Below the pieces are notes generated by a model that did no database searches, was not told where the DNA came from, and worked only from the letters and a program-made list of their open reading frames with translations. From Octopus vulgaris (Eukaryota): a stretch of 64,000 nucleotides of DNA. The stretch lies in the NCBI GenBank assembly GCA_951406725.2, contig OX597816.1:85808001-85872000 (forward strand), in the 5' to 3' direction. The translations under genes were made by a program, and so were the position numbers. Of the stretch, positions 13,232-25,762 are shown in pieces; positions within the stretch are counted from its first letter, which is position 1, and each line of letters opens with the position of its first letter.

Positions 13232-14332
13232 TTGTATGTATATATATATACACGCATATGTAAGCACTGCTGTTTATGAAAGCAAGAAGCCAAATTTATG
13301 CAATTATTTTCTTGAAAATGAAGTTTCGGGACTTCATGCAACTTGTTCCAAACTCCCGGATGTTGTTGACGCTGAACTTGAAACTGATTTGTTTGGCACG
13401 TGTTTAAATATATCATCATTCATTCCGAGCTAAAATGAAAATATTAGATATTTTCTTAGTATATATCATTTTGCTTGAGGCGATGTACGCAATTTTAGAG
13501 TGGTATGCCGCGACGAATGCTTGATCATGAAAAGCAAAAGTCGTAAAACCCTGCATCAAAGCTTTAGAATCAAAAGATTGTAAATGTCACCAATCAGCAG
13601 TAGATTTCCTTTCCGATATTGAACATATTGTATCGAAAATAAACCTTAAAAAATAAAACATAAAACAAAGAAAAAATTGAATATAGATGCGAGTAATATA
13701 TGCCGAAGATATAGGAGAGAATTATTGGTAGAGATGAAAAAGTGGAATATAGATAAAATAAACTTCTAATAAAAGTTCTCACTGGGCAGAACTTACAGAA
13801 AAGACTACAGTAGTCAACTACATCTTATTACTAAGTCCTTTTTGCTATCGAATGCAACCAATTTTCTGTTGAGAATTGATAAGAACATCAAAGCACGGAG
13901 CTGACTAATCGACATTTTACTTCGATTATGAATTGAAATTTAATCGTCAGATAATCATTGAAAGATTTCTGTTCTATCTATTTCTTGTTCTTATATTTAT
14001 TTGGTTTCTAGGCATTGTTCTTTAATCTTAATGCTGTTATATATATTTAAATTGGCTTCGAAATTCGAGGATTATTATTTCTTTGTGATAATCAAAAGAC
14101 GATTTACTTTCCCGGTAGATTTTTTTCAATAAATTTAAGCTCATATATACAGTCATTGTTTATATAGAAATATTATTTTTATAAGTGGATGCACAAATAC
14201 ATACATATGCACACATGCATACACATATGAATTCATAACACTGGTGAGAACCACAACGTAACAAAAGGTACTCAACACTCTTCAGTAGTGTATAACAGCA
14301 TTTCCTCAAATGCTTGTTTACGCAAATAGACT

Positions 14333-14371
<39 letters not shown>

Positions 14372-14376
<5 letters not shown>

Positions 14377-14500
14377 CTTGGTCGCTTAGCCAGCGGGGTG
14401 GCGTCATTTGAAGGCTGAAACAATGCGAGGCGTATTGTGACCAGCGATGTGTAGCAACCTCTGAAAGCCTGGTCGGTCACGGTGATCACGGTGACGGTGA
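14372..14500 (+). repeat. ~125-nt GC-rich structured repeat in (TA)n (copy 1)
   Basis: Clearly homologous to 32280-32398; several hairpins; tcacggtga-type tail. Confidence 0.75.
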
Positions 14501-14551
14501 TATATATATATATATATATACGCGAGAATGAAGCAACAAGAATGGATAGGT

Positions 14552-14642
14552 TTTTAGTACAATCGTTTCATACAAGGACAGGTTTTATTAAAAGTTGCAA
14601 AAATTACAGCATATAAACGTGTCCCGTACTCGTCAGCTAAAA
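14552..14642 (-). ncRNA. Type I hammerhead ribozyme (PLE pLTR, sense copy)
   Basis: TTTTAG-CTGACGA-GTAC...GTAT-GAAA-CGATT-GTA^CTAAAA; extended stem II; self-complementary stem III. Confidence 0.85.
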
Positions 14643-16136
14643 TACATGTGAGTTCTCTAGACATCCTAGTGGTTGAGGCTATACTCATGAAGTAATGTAG
14701 ATAATTAAGTAACATAAACAGATTTCAAAAGTTCATTAAAGTTCTTTAAAGATGATGTACAGTCTTATCACAGAATTTTAAAAAAAGTCTTAATAGCATC
14801 ACAGAGAAGGTGACCCAATCCATAGTGCACATATGAATTTCCAGAGATATGATGAGGGATTACATACTCACAGAAGGCAAAATTATCCATTGTTAATTAC
14901 AACGAGGTGGGTTTCAATTCCTGCTTATTAGCATTACAGAGAGGGTGAATTAATCCTTTGTATAGATGCACAATTTCCAATGGTGTAGGTGTAAATTTCC
15001 AAGGAATTTCATATTCACAGGCGATAAATTTATCAATGGTTGAACACAATGAGGTAGGTATCAATTCTTGCTATATGATTAGGTATTTGCCACATTAATC
15101 AAATTACTGCTATTTACAAGAGGCTGTAGCTATTTAACTTTTAAAGGCTGAAGGGCTTACTAGAGCTGTATAGAATAGAAAAGGGAGGGGCATAGAAGAA
15201 AAGAGAGAAAATAAAAGAGGAGGGAGCAAAAAGGAGGGGAAAGGGGGACTCAAAGAGAAGAGAAAAGGAAAAAGAGAATAAGAAGAAGAAAAAGAAAAAA
15301 GAGAAAAGAGAAAGAAATAGGGAAGGAAGGGAAAAAAGAAAAAGAAGAAAAAAAGAAAAAAGAAGAAAGAAGAAAGAAAAAGATAAAAAGGGTTCTAGTT
15401 ATACAGAAGAATTAGTAGACGACAAGTCTGGTTTTAGTTTACAGGCATCTAGGAATTAGAGGAGAATATTATTCTTTGACCAGTTAAAATAGCTAATTTA
15501 TTACTGTTGAAATCAGCTATGAATTTAAAGAGAATCTAAAGAGATAACACAGTTAGGGGTTTCGGGGTCAGATGCTAAAATCACCAGAAAATACATTAGG
15601 GAAAACTAGGTATAATCTTATCAAAAAGTCATTAAAATTTACTTACTTAATTTATTAATTTTATTGTCTTAAGGAGTTGCCGTTATTATTCATACATTGA
15701 CGGACTACAGGTCAAATCTTAGAAGATCATTTAAAAGGTGTTAGGGGATTGTCTATCATAATGAAGATAATCATATTATCACCGAGGGAATAGTCTCATT
15801 TATTTAATTTTGAAATAGAATAATGGGTCTATAGTAACTCATTTTAATTAATTAGAGTTATGCTAATTAAATTAGATTAAGTTAGGAACTAAAATTAAAA
15901 ATTACAATTAAGATTTAAAATTAAGAATTTAAAAATTTAAAAATTGTGAGTTTGAAATTAAATAAAGCCTCAATTAAGCGGCGAATAAGTGCTATTCATT
16001 TCCCTGTTCTCAAAAAACTGATGCAGATATAGGAAAAAGATAACTGTAGTGTGAGAACTCTTAGTTATCTACTTAAAGCAGTGCTATACCAGTAGAAATC
16101 AGGTTATATCTATCTATCTAGTTACGAATATTCTAA

Positions 16137-17014
16137 TCATTTAAAATATTTTAAAGTCTTCAATTTAGCGTGGACACAAACTTGACCTAGTTCGATATGG
16201 TTATTCAATAGGTTTCTATGTTTTCTATGCTTTAGAATTTCATATGTCTCCATGGAGCATAGTTGGCAACCAACCCTACTATTTTTATACGGAATTGCTC
16301 TCCTAACTATTTCCCAATTAAGGTTATAATTTTTATTATTATTTTTGAGTTCCCAGATTTTGTTTGAAAGTGTGGTGGTACCAGCTTTATGACGTAATTT
16401 AAAAGTCGAGATGTGATTTCTAACTCTAGCTAAAAAATTAATTGTACATCCAATGTAATAATATTTGTTATTCTCCGTGGATATGGTACATTTATAGATT
16501 ACATTATTTTCTCCACATAGACCAGGTGCCGGGCATTTTGATTTTATTCTACACTTACACACAGGAGGAACACCTTCAGGCTTTGGATTATTCTTGGGTA
16601 GATGTTTTAGGTTCCTGTTATTTTGATTATCATTTCTATAGTTGGTGCTGATATCTAAAGTATTGCTATTATTTCTTGATCCTTCTGTTTCATTATTTAG
16701 ATCTAAAGTCCTACCATGATTTCTTATATTATTGGTAATGTTAATATTATTGCTAGTCTTTTTATCCGACTGCATATTGTTGTTATAGATATCACTAATA
16801 TTTTCATTCCCCTTATTTTCTCTATTTTCCCTATTTCTATTATTTCTATTATTAACATTATTACTTCTACTAATATCGGCATTGCTATTATTACTATTAA
16901 TGTTAATGTTATTAGTCATTCTGTGGTTACTAATTTCACCTATGTTTTGATAGTTACTATTGCTGCTTTTATTGTTGGTAGTATTATTACAATTGCTATT
17001 GGTATTCATGCTGA

Positions 17015-17060
<46 letters not shown>

Positions 17061-17810
17061 TATATTTCTATCTTTCCTGGCTAGTTTAATGTTGTTATTA
17101 TTAATCTTAGCTATTAAAGTGGACATATTTGGGAGGGTTGAATAAGAAATCCTAACTGTTTTCCTAGAAATAATTCTATGATATCTATGAGAGATAGGGA
17201 AATTTTTTCCAGAATCACTTTGAATTTGTTCTGTATATCTGATTGTATCGCACAGTTGAAAGGAATATTCAGCCATAATATATCTTTTTTATTAAATTTA
17301 GGGTTCGTAGAATTATTACTATTCATCTCACCGGAGTTATTGTATTTATTACCATTATTTTTATTTTTATTTGTGTGCATCTTAGGTTTATCTACTTCAA
17401 TACTATCCGAGTTACCTATGTTCTGGTCAATGTTTCTATTTGAATTGTTGGGCCTGTACGCTAGACTATCGTTTACCGTTAGTTTAATTCTACTTTTATT
17501 TCGGGCTTGGTCTTTATTGTTGCTTACGTGATTATTGATAACTTCATTATTAGGAATACTTGAGTTCCCCTTATCAACGAATGTAATCTTTTGGTTGTAT
17601 CCAGCCTTAGTTAACGCCGCATTATAATGCTCAGAATGGGAGTTAAAAATATCCTTATTGGATGATAATTTTGAAATTCTTAATGAAATATTTCTTACTA
17701 AAGATTCTATAATATTTGGGGGATGATTTGATAATTTATTTACGTAATTCGTGATTTCACCTTCCTTTCTAAATGGGTAATGTAGTTTGGAGTTAAGGTC
17801 TAGCGTAGTT
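16137..17810 (-). pseudogene. Naiad-like PLE ORF C-terminal half: RT thumb, Asn-rich linkers, Zn-knuckle and GIY-YIG endonuclease
   Basis: ...YPFRK...SNHPPNI...RISKLSS...WLNIPFN...ISYSTLPNM...CKC..CP..GLC...VIY...YYIG...R..H...TTLS..IW.LK...C.LC..E...LLN...C.H. Open except for one frameshift in an A-run near 17205. Confidence 0.9.
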
Positions 17811-17828
17811 CTAGAGAACTCACATGTA

Positions 17829-17919
17829 TTTTAGCTGATGAGTACGGGACACGTTTATATGCTGTAATTTTTGCAACTTTTAATAAAACCTGTCCTTGTA
17901 TGAAACGATTGTACTAAAA
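17829..17919 (+). ncRNA. Type I hammerhead ribozyme (inverted pLTR copy)
   Basis: TTTTAG(17829)-CTGATGA(17835-41)-GTACGGGACA...TGTCCTTGTAT-GAAA(17902-05)-CGATT-GTA^CTAAAA. Confidence 0.85.
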
Positions 17920-18062
17920 ACCTATCCATTCTTGTTGCTTCATTCTCGCTTATAATCACCCCACATTACTGTATTGTTAAATCAGTATAGTTTTTTTTGG
18001 TGCATCTAAGTTAGGTACCATATTCAAGTAAATTCATTTAAATTAACTTGAATCTTTATTGC

Positions 18063-18097
<35 letters not shown>

Positions 18098-18099
<2 letters not shown>

Positions 18100-18779
18100 T
18101 AATCAATATAGGGTGGCAAAAAAAATTTTGTAGAATTTCTTTGCCACCAGCTGCCTAGTGGGAAAAAATTAAATAGTCATAGACCATTTATAAGTTCAAC
18201 ATCACAATCAAGGAACGGCCATAATAGGCCATTCACCCACTAGAAATAACAGCCAAAGCTTCAACCGCAAAATAACATTAATTCCGCAAACCAGGAGAAA
18301 ATTAAAAAAACATTTACCCTGTAATTTCTTATACGATGCACCGTTTCATCTATTGTTTAATGGTAAACTAACCTGATTAAATTAAATCAAGCCAATCTTC
18401 CATAGGCCCTTAGATTCGTCAGTAAGAAATAGCCAGATCGGAACAGATATTTTCACGAGGCACTTCTGTCCCTGCCTCGGCAATATCTGACCTAAAATTT
18501 TCAAATCATCGCACTCGCGCCAAATTTATCGGCAGCAAATAAATATAAGCCGCCGATTCCATTACGGAATCAACCATAAAATTCATAATTAATCAATATA
18601 GGGTGGCAAAAAAATTTTGTAGAATTTCTTTGCCACCAGCGGCCTAGTGGGAAAAAATTAAATAGTCATAGACCATTTATAAGTTCAACATCACAATCAA
18701 GGAACGGCCATAATAGGCCATTCACCCACTAGAAATAACAGCCAAAGCTTCAACCGCAAAATAACATTAATTCCGCAAA
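18098..18779 (-). mobile_element. Non-autonomous retrozyme-like element: 490-bp unit plus 192-bp terminal redundancy
   Basis: 18098-18290 is repeated at 18588-18779 with 1 substitution and 1 homopolymer indel; no ORF; internal intact hammerhead; many hairpins; abuts (TA)n. Confidence 0.8.
18324..18430 (-). ncRNA. Intact type I hammerhead ribozyme
   Basis: ATTTCTTA-CTGACGA-ATCTA...TAGAT-GAAA-CGG(TGCA)TCG-TA^TAAGAAAT: 8-bp stem I, canonical core, 4-bp stem III, GUA triplet, predicted cut between 18332 and 18331. Confidence 0.9.
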
Positions 18780-20421
18780 TTGACTTTTGGCATGATGGTA
18801 ACTTGTGGTATCGATGCCTAATTTTGCTCGTCTTGTTAGTGAAAATACTTTATCTCCATGATACAATTTTCACTATTGCCTCTTAGTGTGACATTTTTTG
18901 TAACACCATCATGTAGCACAATGTATAATCGAGAGCACAACCAAAAACTGGATTATAATGAGGAGCAAAATGACGATTAGATATGATAATTCATTGATAA
19001 TATCCTATAAATAGCAATCCAAATCGAATAACTTGCATATGCGATGGATGAAAACCTAATATGAAAATCAATGCTTATTTAAAATGGAAGGGAATGACTT
19101 ATAGATTACTGAAAGATTATCTCACTAAAAATGTGGAAAAATCTTGCCCAGCACGTCAAAGGTATCTTCATGTCATGATAAACAAACGTTATCTATTTGA
19201 TTGTGATAGGAGATTATTTACGGTGTTCATCTTATAGTGGAATAATATACGCATATATTTCAAATGAAGAGAAAAATGGTTCATGCAGTAACAGATCATG
19301 CACATGATTCAATATAAAAACGTAAATTGTCATGGAGCCAAAGAGTATTATCACAAAAATGAAAACGAACAAACAGTTATTATTAAATCTGAATATGTAA
19401 GAGACTAGTAAACGTCATGCATCGTGCGCCTATAGCGCATTGATGACACTACAACGAAAATCTTCCCTTTTAAGCGAAAGTTCTTCAGCTGCCTTGCCTG
19501 TCTTGTCCAACTAGCTAATGATATCGTTCCTCTATTGCGTTATTTGTCAGCCTCTTGGTCTGCTACTCCCATATCTTCTTTCCATATCTACCTCTGCCTG
19601 AGCCAACGAGGGAATCTCTACACGGTCTCTCGATCTGCTAGAGTCAGCAGGAAAATGAAACCCAACTAAAAGTATGTTGGAAAAATTATAGAACAGACAG
19701 GTTGTTTGTGATTACACATTTAACTCTGAGTTACAGAGACGAGAGCCGCCTTGGAAGAAAAAGAAATGATAAAATAGCATCTCGGTTCATTTCTAACATG
19801 AATGTAAGCATTGGGTAAGGATATAATATTTATAGAATTATACTTCACCTTCATTACACTAACAAATTATACAAAATACTATCTAGTAAATTTACGAAGG
19901 GAAAGCACAGATTCTCTAATTGAAAATTCTTCATCTCTTTCTCTCTCCTCATCTCTCTCTCTCTACCTTTTCTCGCTCAACACACTCACATACACACACA
20001 AACACACACACACACCAGCGCCACCACACCACACAAAGAAACATGTATGTATACATGCATAGATTATTTGAAGTGGTGTAAAGATTTTATATATTAAGGA
20101 AAACGTGGCAGTTAGGATTTGGATACAGGTACAGACGTCATGATCAGACTCACAAAATTCGAAAAAAATAGCTGACAGAGCATTTTACGCCGGTAATAAT
20201 ATTAACGATTTGAAATTCTTAAGTAACTGTGTTTTGAAACCTAAGTATAATTGACACTATAACTAATAAACGAAAAGAAAAGAAAATTTCCTTATAAAGT
20301 AATGAGGGACAGCATACTTTCGAAAAGAGAGACACGTGACGATTTAACGTTAGTATATACATGTGTGTGTGTGCGTGCGCGCGCGTGTCTATATACACAT
20401 GCACACACTCATATATATGTA

Positions 20422-20695
20422 TACAGGGAGTGATGAATAAACTGTGATCTAAATTACGCAAAAATGAAAATAACACTGACATCGCATATATTTATCAAAA
20501 TTACAAATAAGTGTCTTGGAATACTAAAGAGAAAATTTATTCAATCAAATTACCAATTGCTTCAACCACGGCTTCTGGATGGTCTCCTTGTTTAAGATGG
20601 TGAATGCTGCCATAATCCTTGCCTTCAGTTCATCTTTGTTGTTTCAAGGAGTTTTGTTGCTCTCTCGCTCAACTGCGCCCCACACATAATAACCA
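20422..20695 (-). mobile_element. Tc1/maT-like DNA transposon 3' relic
   Basis: Translation YYVWGAVERESNKTP*NNKDELKARIMAAFTILNKETIQK (region after the SPDLNPLD motif); TIR-like TA-cagggagtgatgaataaa end. Confidence 0.65.
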
Positions 20696-20704
20696 AGTAC
20701 GCTG

Positions 20705-20840
20705 CTTAGTTTATCGTCCTCGTGAAGATGAAAGGCAAAGTCAATCAACTTCGGCAGAATTTGAACTCAGAGCGCCAAGACGAACGAAAAGCCGCTAAGC
20801 ATTTGCCCGGCCTGCTGACGATTCTACCAGCTCACAGCCC
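20705..20840 (-). mobile_element. SINE family B 5' part
   Basis: gatgaaaggcaaagtc...ggcagaatttgaactcag...ccgctaagcatttgcccggc. Confidence 0.75.
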
Positions 20841-22226
20841 TTGTGCAATATCTAATATTAATTATCATTCTCGCTACGAATCATTACACTAGTCTCCACT
20901 AAAACCCTTTTGCAAACAGAGACATTGAACTTTTTAAGCCAATAATGTTTCTCAATATATATTTCAACATTTTACATACGATTATGCTATCCATCAAAAT
21001 AAATAATACTACACAAAATTTGATATATTTTCTTCGCGCATGTAATATTGAAGTGCACTGCAACAATTTTACATATCACAAAGATTGTATAGTTAACAAA
21101 CGTATCTGTGTTTAATTTAAATATATAGCTAATCCTATAGAAGAATGTAATCGTTGAAAAAAACAAAACACAGATGCCCTCTCGGAAATTTAGAAAACTG
21201 TAACTGTCATGTTACTACAGTAACGTTAACTTTGACATCAGCACCACTGAAAGAACTAAATTAAATGTTATAGAATATGCAATAAATTTCAGCATTGAGA
21301 TTAAAGCAACATATCTGAAAGTAATAAATTATTCGTTGGGAAGCACACACTATTTAACTTTAACTACGTGATACACATCTAGCAAACTTAACATTTAACT
21401 CTTACATGAAAGAGATTATAAAATTAAAAATATATAATTCTCATAAAGCGTTCAGGAACTGCCTGAAAGCATATACGATGAAGGTATTTTACTTGGATCG
21501 TATTGCATTAAGACAGGTTTCTGAAACTTATTGATTTTATAATCCCGGATAAACTTGAAGCTATACAGCTGAATGTTTGCAGTATCACCTTGATATAAGC
21601 CCTTATATTTTAGGGTGTTACATCCTGGGTAAGATTTACAAGTTGTAATTATTAGCTGTACTCGAAGAAATAAACGATAAAATTAGGACATAAAGAATTA
21701 GTAGCTGAAAATCTAATTTATGTGCTAAAGGAAGGTGTGATTCATGTCTGAAGGCAAGGAATAAGTATGATTATATTAAATGAGCAATTTGTACTTCCCT
21801 TCCCAACTATACTATGAATCCCTAATTCACTTAGTTTATTATGGTCGTAATATCTTTGAAATACTGCATTCTTTTTGATGTTGACCGCTTTGTGTGCAAA
21901 CACACTACTAACCTCACAAAATTAAATCTAACATTTCGACATTTCTCTAACTGAAATCGTTTTTACATTTAATTGTTTCACCTTGCGCGATGATGATTTG
22001 TTTCGCTGTAAAATCTAATTACTCTTACAATATTTGCCATTTGATAAAACAAATACGTTACTATTGACTTAGTTTTTTCCTTTCTACTTAGTTATACGAA
22101 TTTTAGCAGTACTTTAGATACAAGACTCATTAGCACGAGTTCTACATTTTGTAAAATCCTGAGCTTTCGATTAATATTTACAGTGGAACGAAGCTTGAGT
22201 GCGGCATCTCGGTTGCTACGTATCAA

Positions 22227-22274
<48 letters not shown>

Positions 22275-22284
<10 letters not shown>

Positions 22285-23200
22285 GCATATATATCTACAT
22301 ATATGTACATAACTACATATATATATGCATATATACATGTAAATATGGGTACAGGACACAAACAAACGTTTTACACAATAAGAAACGAAGACATAAACAA
22401 AAACATGGAAATGGACTTTTATTTTCTTCAAACAACGAAAAAACAGAGTACAAGACATACAACCCAAGGAATATTCCCCTTCTTCAGTTGCCCCTGCTGC
22501 GGCTACTCCGCATTTCGAAAGTAAGGGCAAGATGCGACTTCTTGAAACAGTCCTTCCCGCAAAGAAAATTTAATAAAATTTGGGATTTTTTGCGGAGGGG
22601 TAAAAGTGGTAACAAGAACAGGACAGTAAAAACAAAACAAGACAGTAAAAATAATATAAATAAAATCAGTAAAAGACAGGACAAGAAGAATATCACAGTA
22701 AAAACAAATGATGAGGGCTGTTAAGCCGAGACGAAGAAAAAATTACTTTGAACGCATTGAGAAAACGGCTTACGAGAAGGACAGGATAAGCCGTGTTGAC
22801 TTGTTGAAGGTAGCAGTCGGAAAGAAAGTTACCCTCTGGTCACGTGTCAGTGACGAGAGGGAGGAGGATGAGTAAGAGAGAGGGAAGAATAGGGAAGGGT
22901 AGGAGAGAAAACCAGAAAGGATGAAGAACAGGAGAGGGAGAGAGACAGACAGAAGAGGAAAAGTAAAATTAAGAGTGCGCATCATAATTATTAAGATAAA
23001 ACTTACTTGGAAGTGGATGCGTGGCGTTCGATCATATAATAACAAAATAGTATATAAAGCATATGCATATATACATTCATATATGTGCATACCTACATCT
23101 ATATGTATATATACATGCATATATGGGTACAGGACACCAAAAAAAAATCGTTGAACACAATGAGAAACGAAAACATAAAAACAAAAACATGGAAACGGAC

Positions 23201-23205
<5 letters not shown>
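22275..23205 (-). mobile_element. Partial-tandem, pLTR-like repeat with ~150-bp terminal direct repeats between (TA)n tracts
   Basis: atatgggtacaggacac...aaaaacatggaaa.ggac occurs at ~22345-22416 and ~23120-23200; no ORF. Confidence 0.55.
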
Positions 23206-23236
<31 letters not shown>

Positions 23237-23464
23237 AAATGCTTACTGTTGCAAGGCAATCGTACAATTGAATAAAGTTATAAGTGGAGGTAAACAAAAG
23301 TTCATCCAGAATTTAGAAGACAAAGAAGAAAATAGATTAGATATTTAATTGACAAACATCAGCTGACAAACATCAACTATATATATCTCTTCACTTACAG
23401 CTGTTAATAATTTGTACGTGTGTATGTATGTGTGTATATCTATATTCATAGATATGTGCGAGCT

Positions 23465-23529
<65 letters not shown>

Positions 23530-23681
23530 GTATATGTATATGTATATACATGTTTATATATGTATATATAAGTGTATATAAATGTGTATATGTATGTATA
23601 TATATATGATTGTGTTATGTGTGGTGGGTTGAGTGTATATGTGTGCATTTGTATATGTATGAACGGGTTCTTTTATTTTTT

Positions 23682-23736
<55 letters not shown>

Positions 23737-23823
23737 ATGTATATAGGTGTGTATATATTGTATATATCTGAGTATGTATGTGTATATATGGATGAAATAC
23801 GTCTGTGTGTGTGGTGGGACTGA

Positions 23824-23868
<45 letters not shown>

Positions 23869-25344
23869 CTGTTTTCATAGCCCGCTTACCAAATATTCAT
23901 AAAATTTACGTAAATTTTAATATTCTAATATTTCTCATACATTTTAACATTTTGCCTATATTGTAATATTGTAACAAGTACTCATATATATTATATATTG
24001 TATATTATGTGATATCTTATTTATATATTACTATGATTTTATTCCCTCTGACGTAAATGGGAGTACTTTATATTGTGAAAAGTAATGGTAATATTCATAG
24101 ACTTGGCATCCAGTTGTACTATAAATTTCGTTTCAATAATTTTACTGATTGTCAAATGTTGTATATCGTGTGGTATGTTATATGTTATAAATTATATGTT
24201 ATATATAATGTGTTATATATTTTATGTTATATTTCATAAACGGGTATTTATTTTAAAAGCTTATTTATGTTAACATTGAAATGTAATGTATGAGGAGTTA
24301 TTGGTATAAGGTAATAGCTTTTCGTATATTTTAATGTTTAAATGTTTTGCCCGGTTACTCCCACTTTAGCTATATTTCACAAAAATGAAAGTTCTTTCAT
24401 TTAGATGATTATTTCTTCAATTAGAAATTTATCTTAGAAGTATTCATATCGTAAGAACAGATTCCTCACCATATGTATTTATTTATTATCCTCTTTAGTA
24501 TTTAAGGCTCCTAAGACAATTTCTTCTTAAATTTTCCTTGAATATTTTCTTAAATTTGTTCTGCATTTTGACCCGATACAACGCTATTGTTTTTAAATAT
24601 TAGCTGACACTACTGTAGGACTGACACTAACCATAGCCTACTTATCATAGGGGTATTATGATGACATTCTTTTGTTAGTAAGTAATAACATCACACTTAA
24701 TTTATACCTAAATTATTTCTTTATTGATATAATTACGTAAGGATTTCCTAAAATTTCTTTTCCTTAACTAAATTTTATTGCTATTCTATTGCATAGATTT
24801 CAGTTTCTAACTAATAACGACTGTTATATGGATCATCCCATCAACGTTACCCTATAACGCTTATCTTTACTATCTCCACCATTAATATCCTTTTTGTGCG
24901 TGCATGTCTGTGTGTGCGTATATAGACGTGAGCGAGTATGTGCGTATATGGGCGTGTGTGTGTGTGCGTGCATAAGGGTATGTGCGTATATAGACGTGGT
25001 TCACTCTTTGTATACTCCCTTATACCTTTTTTCTGTATTGTTACCCGTAACCCTGTTTTTTCTTGTGCTTGTGCGTATGTAGACGTGTGTATGAACCTTT
25101 ACGGTGCGCGCGTGTGTGTGTGGGCTTGTAGGTATATGCATATGCATTTGGCGAAGGATGTGAGTGAGGATGTGTACGTTTTCAATTGAGGGTCGATGAA
25201 TGTATGCGCACGCTTACGCGAATACTATGAACTTTTTACCCCCTTACTTAGCGCTCATTCAAATAGCTCTTTTGTCTTAATAACAGTCAACGACACAGTA
25301 ATTTCCCATTGTATAACGGTCAATTTTCATAGTGTTTTCCCAAT

Positions 25345-25615
25345 GGTCGGATAACTGAATAGATATCGGCGTGGATTTCCACCTCGGCATTCGAAACTCG
25401 GATTTTGATCATGGCTACCGAATAATCGTCACATATTACATTTAAGATAAATACCTCTATTTACATAATATCGGTCTCTTTCTTTCTTTTGTTATCTTAC
25501 CGTTTTTACCAATATATATATATATATTGTAACAACACCAGCCAGATAACCGAAGAGATGGTGTTGTGGATTTCCACTTCGGCATCTGAAACTCAGAGTT
25601 TTATCTTGACTACCG
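25345..25615 (+). ncRNA. Tandem pair of degenerate hammerhead motifs
   Basis: Copy A: GATAA-CTGAATA-...GTGGATTTCCAC..GGCATTC-GAAA-CTCGGA. Copy B: AGATAA-CCGAAGA-GATG...GTGGATTTCCAC..GGCATCT-GAAA-CTCAGAGTT^TTATCT. Consensus core CTGAAGA. Confidence 0.65.
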
Positions 25616-25628
25616 AGTAATGTAACAT

Positions 25629-25731
<103 letters not shown>

Positions 25732-25762
25732 TTTATTTAAAGCAGCAGAAAATTCAACAACA

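Larger units (their letters stand above)
14522..18066 (-). mobile_element. Penelope-like element (Naiad-like), 5'-truncated, with inverted pLTR segment
   Basis: 140-bp inverted repeat (14522-14661 vs 17810-17949, one mismatch), hammerhead in each arm, RT-thumb + GIY-YIG ORF, (TA)n on both sides. Confidence 0.92.

Noticed and set aside
16137-16600. Selenocysteine recoding, which is reported for some Naiad PLEs
   Set aside because: The visible Cys motifs in this and the 26992-29082 element show no in-frame TGA, and I recognised no SECIS.
18098-18779. Interpretation as an LTR element/TRIM or a CRISPR-like array
   Set aside because: The repeats lack TG...CA ends, PBS, PPT and a TSD. There is no repeat-spacer periodicity, and the context is eukaryotic.
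23880-24850. Possible very old GIY-YIG/PLE relic on the minus strand
   Set aside because: Only faint resemblance across several frames; not supportable by eye.
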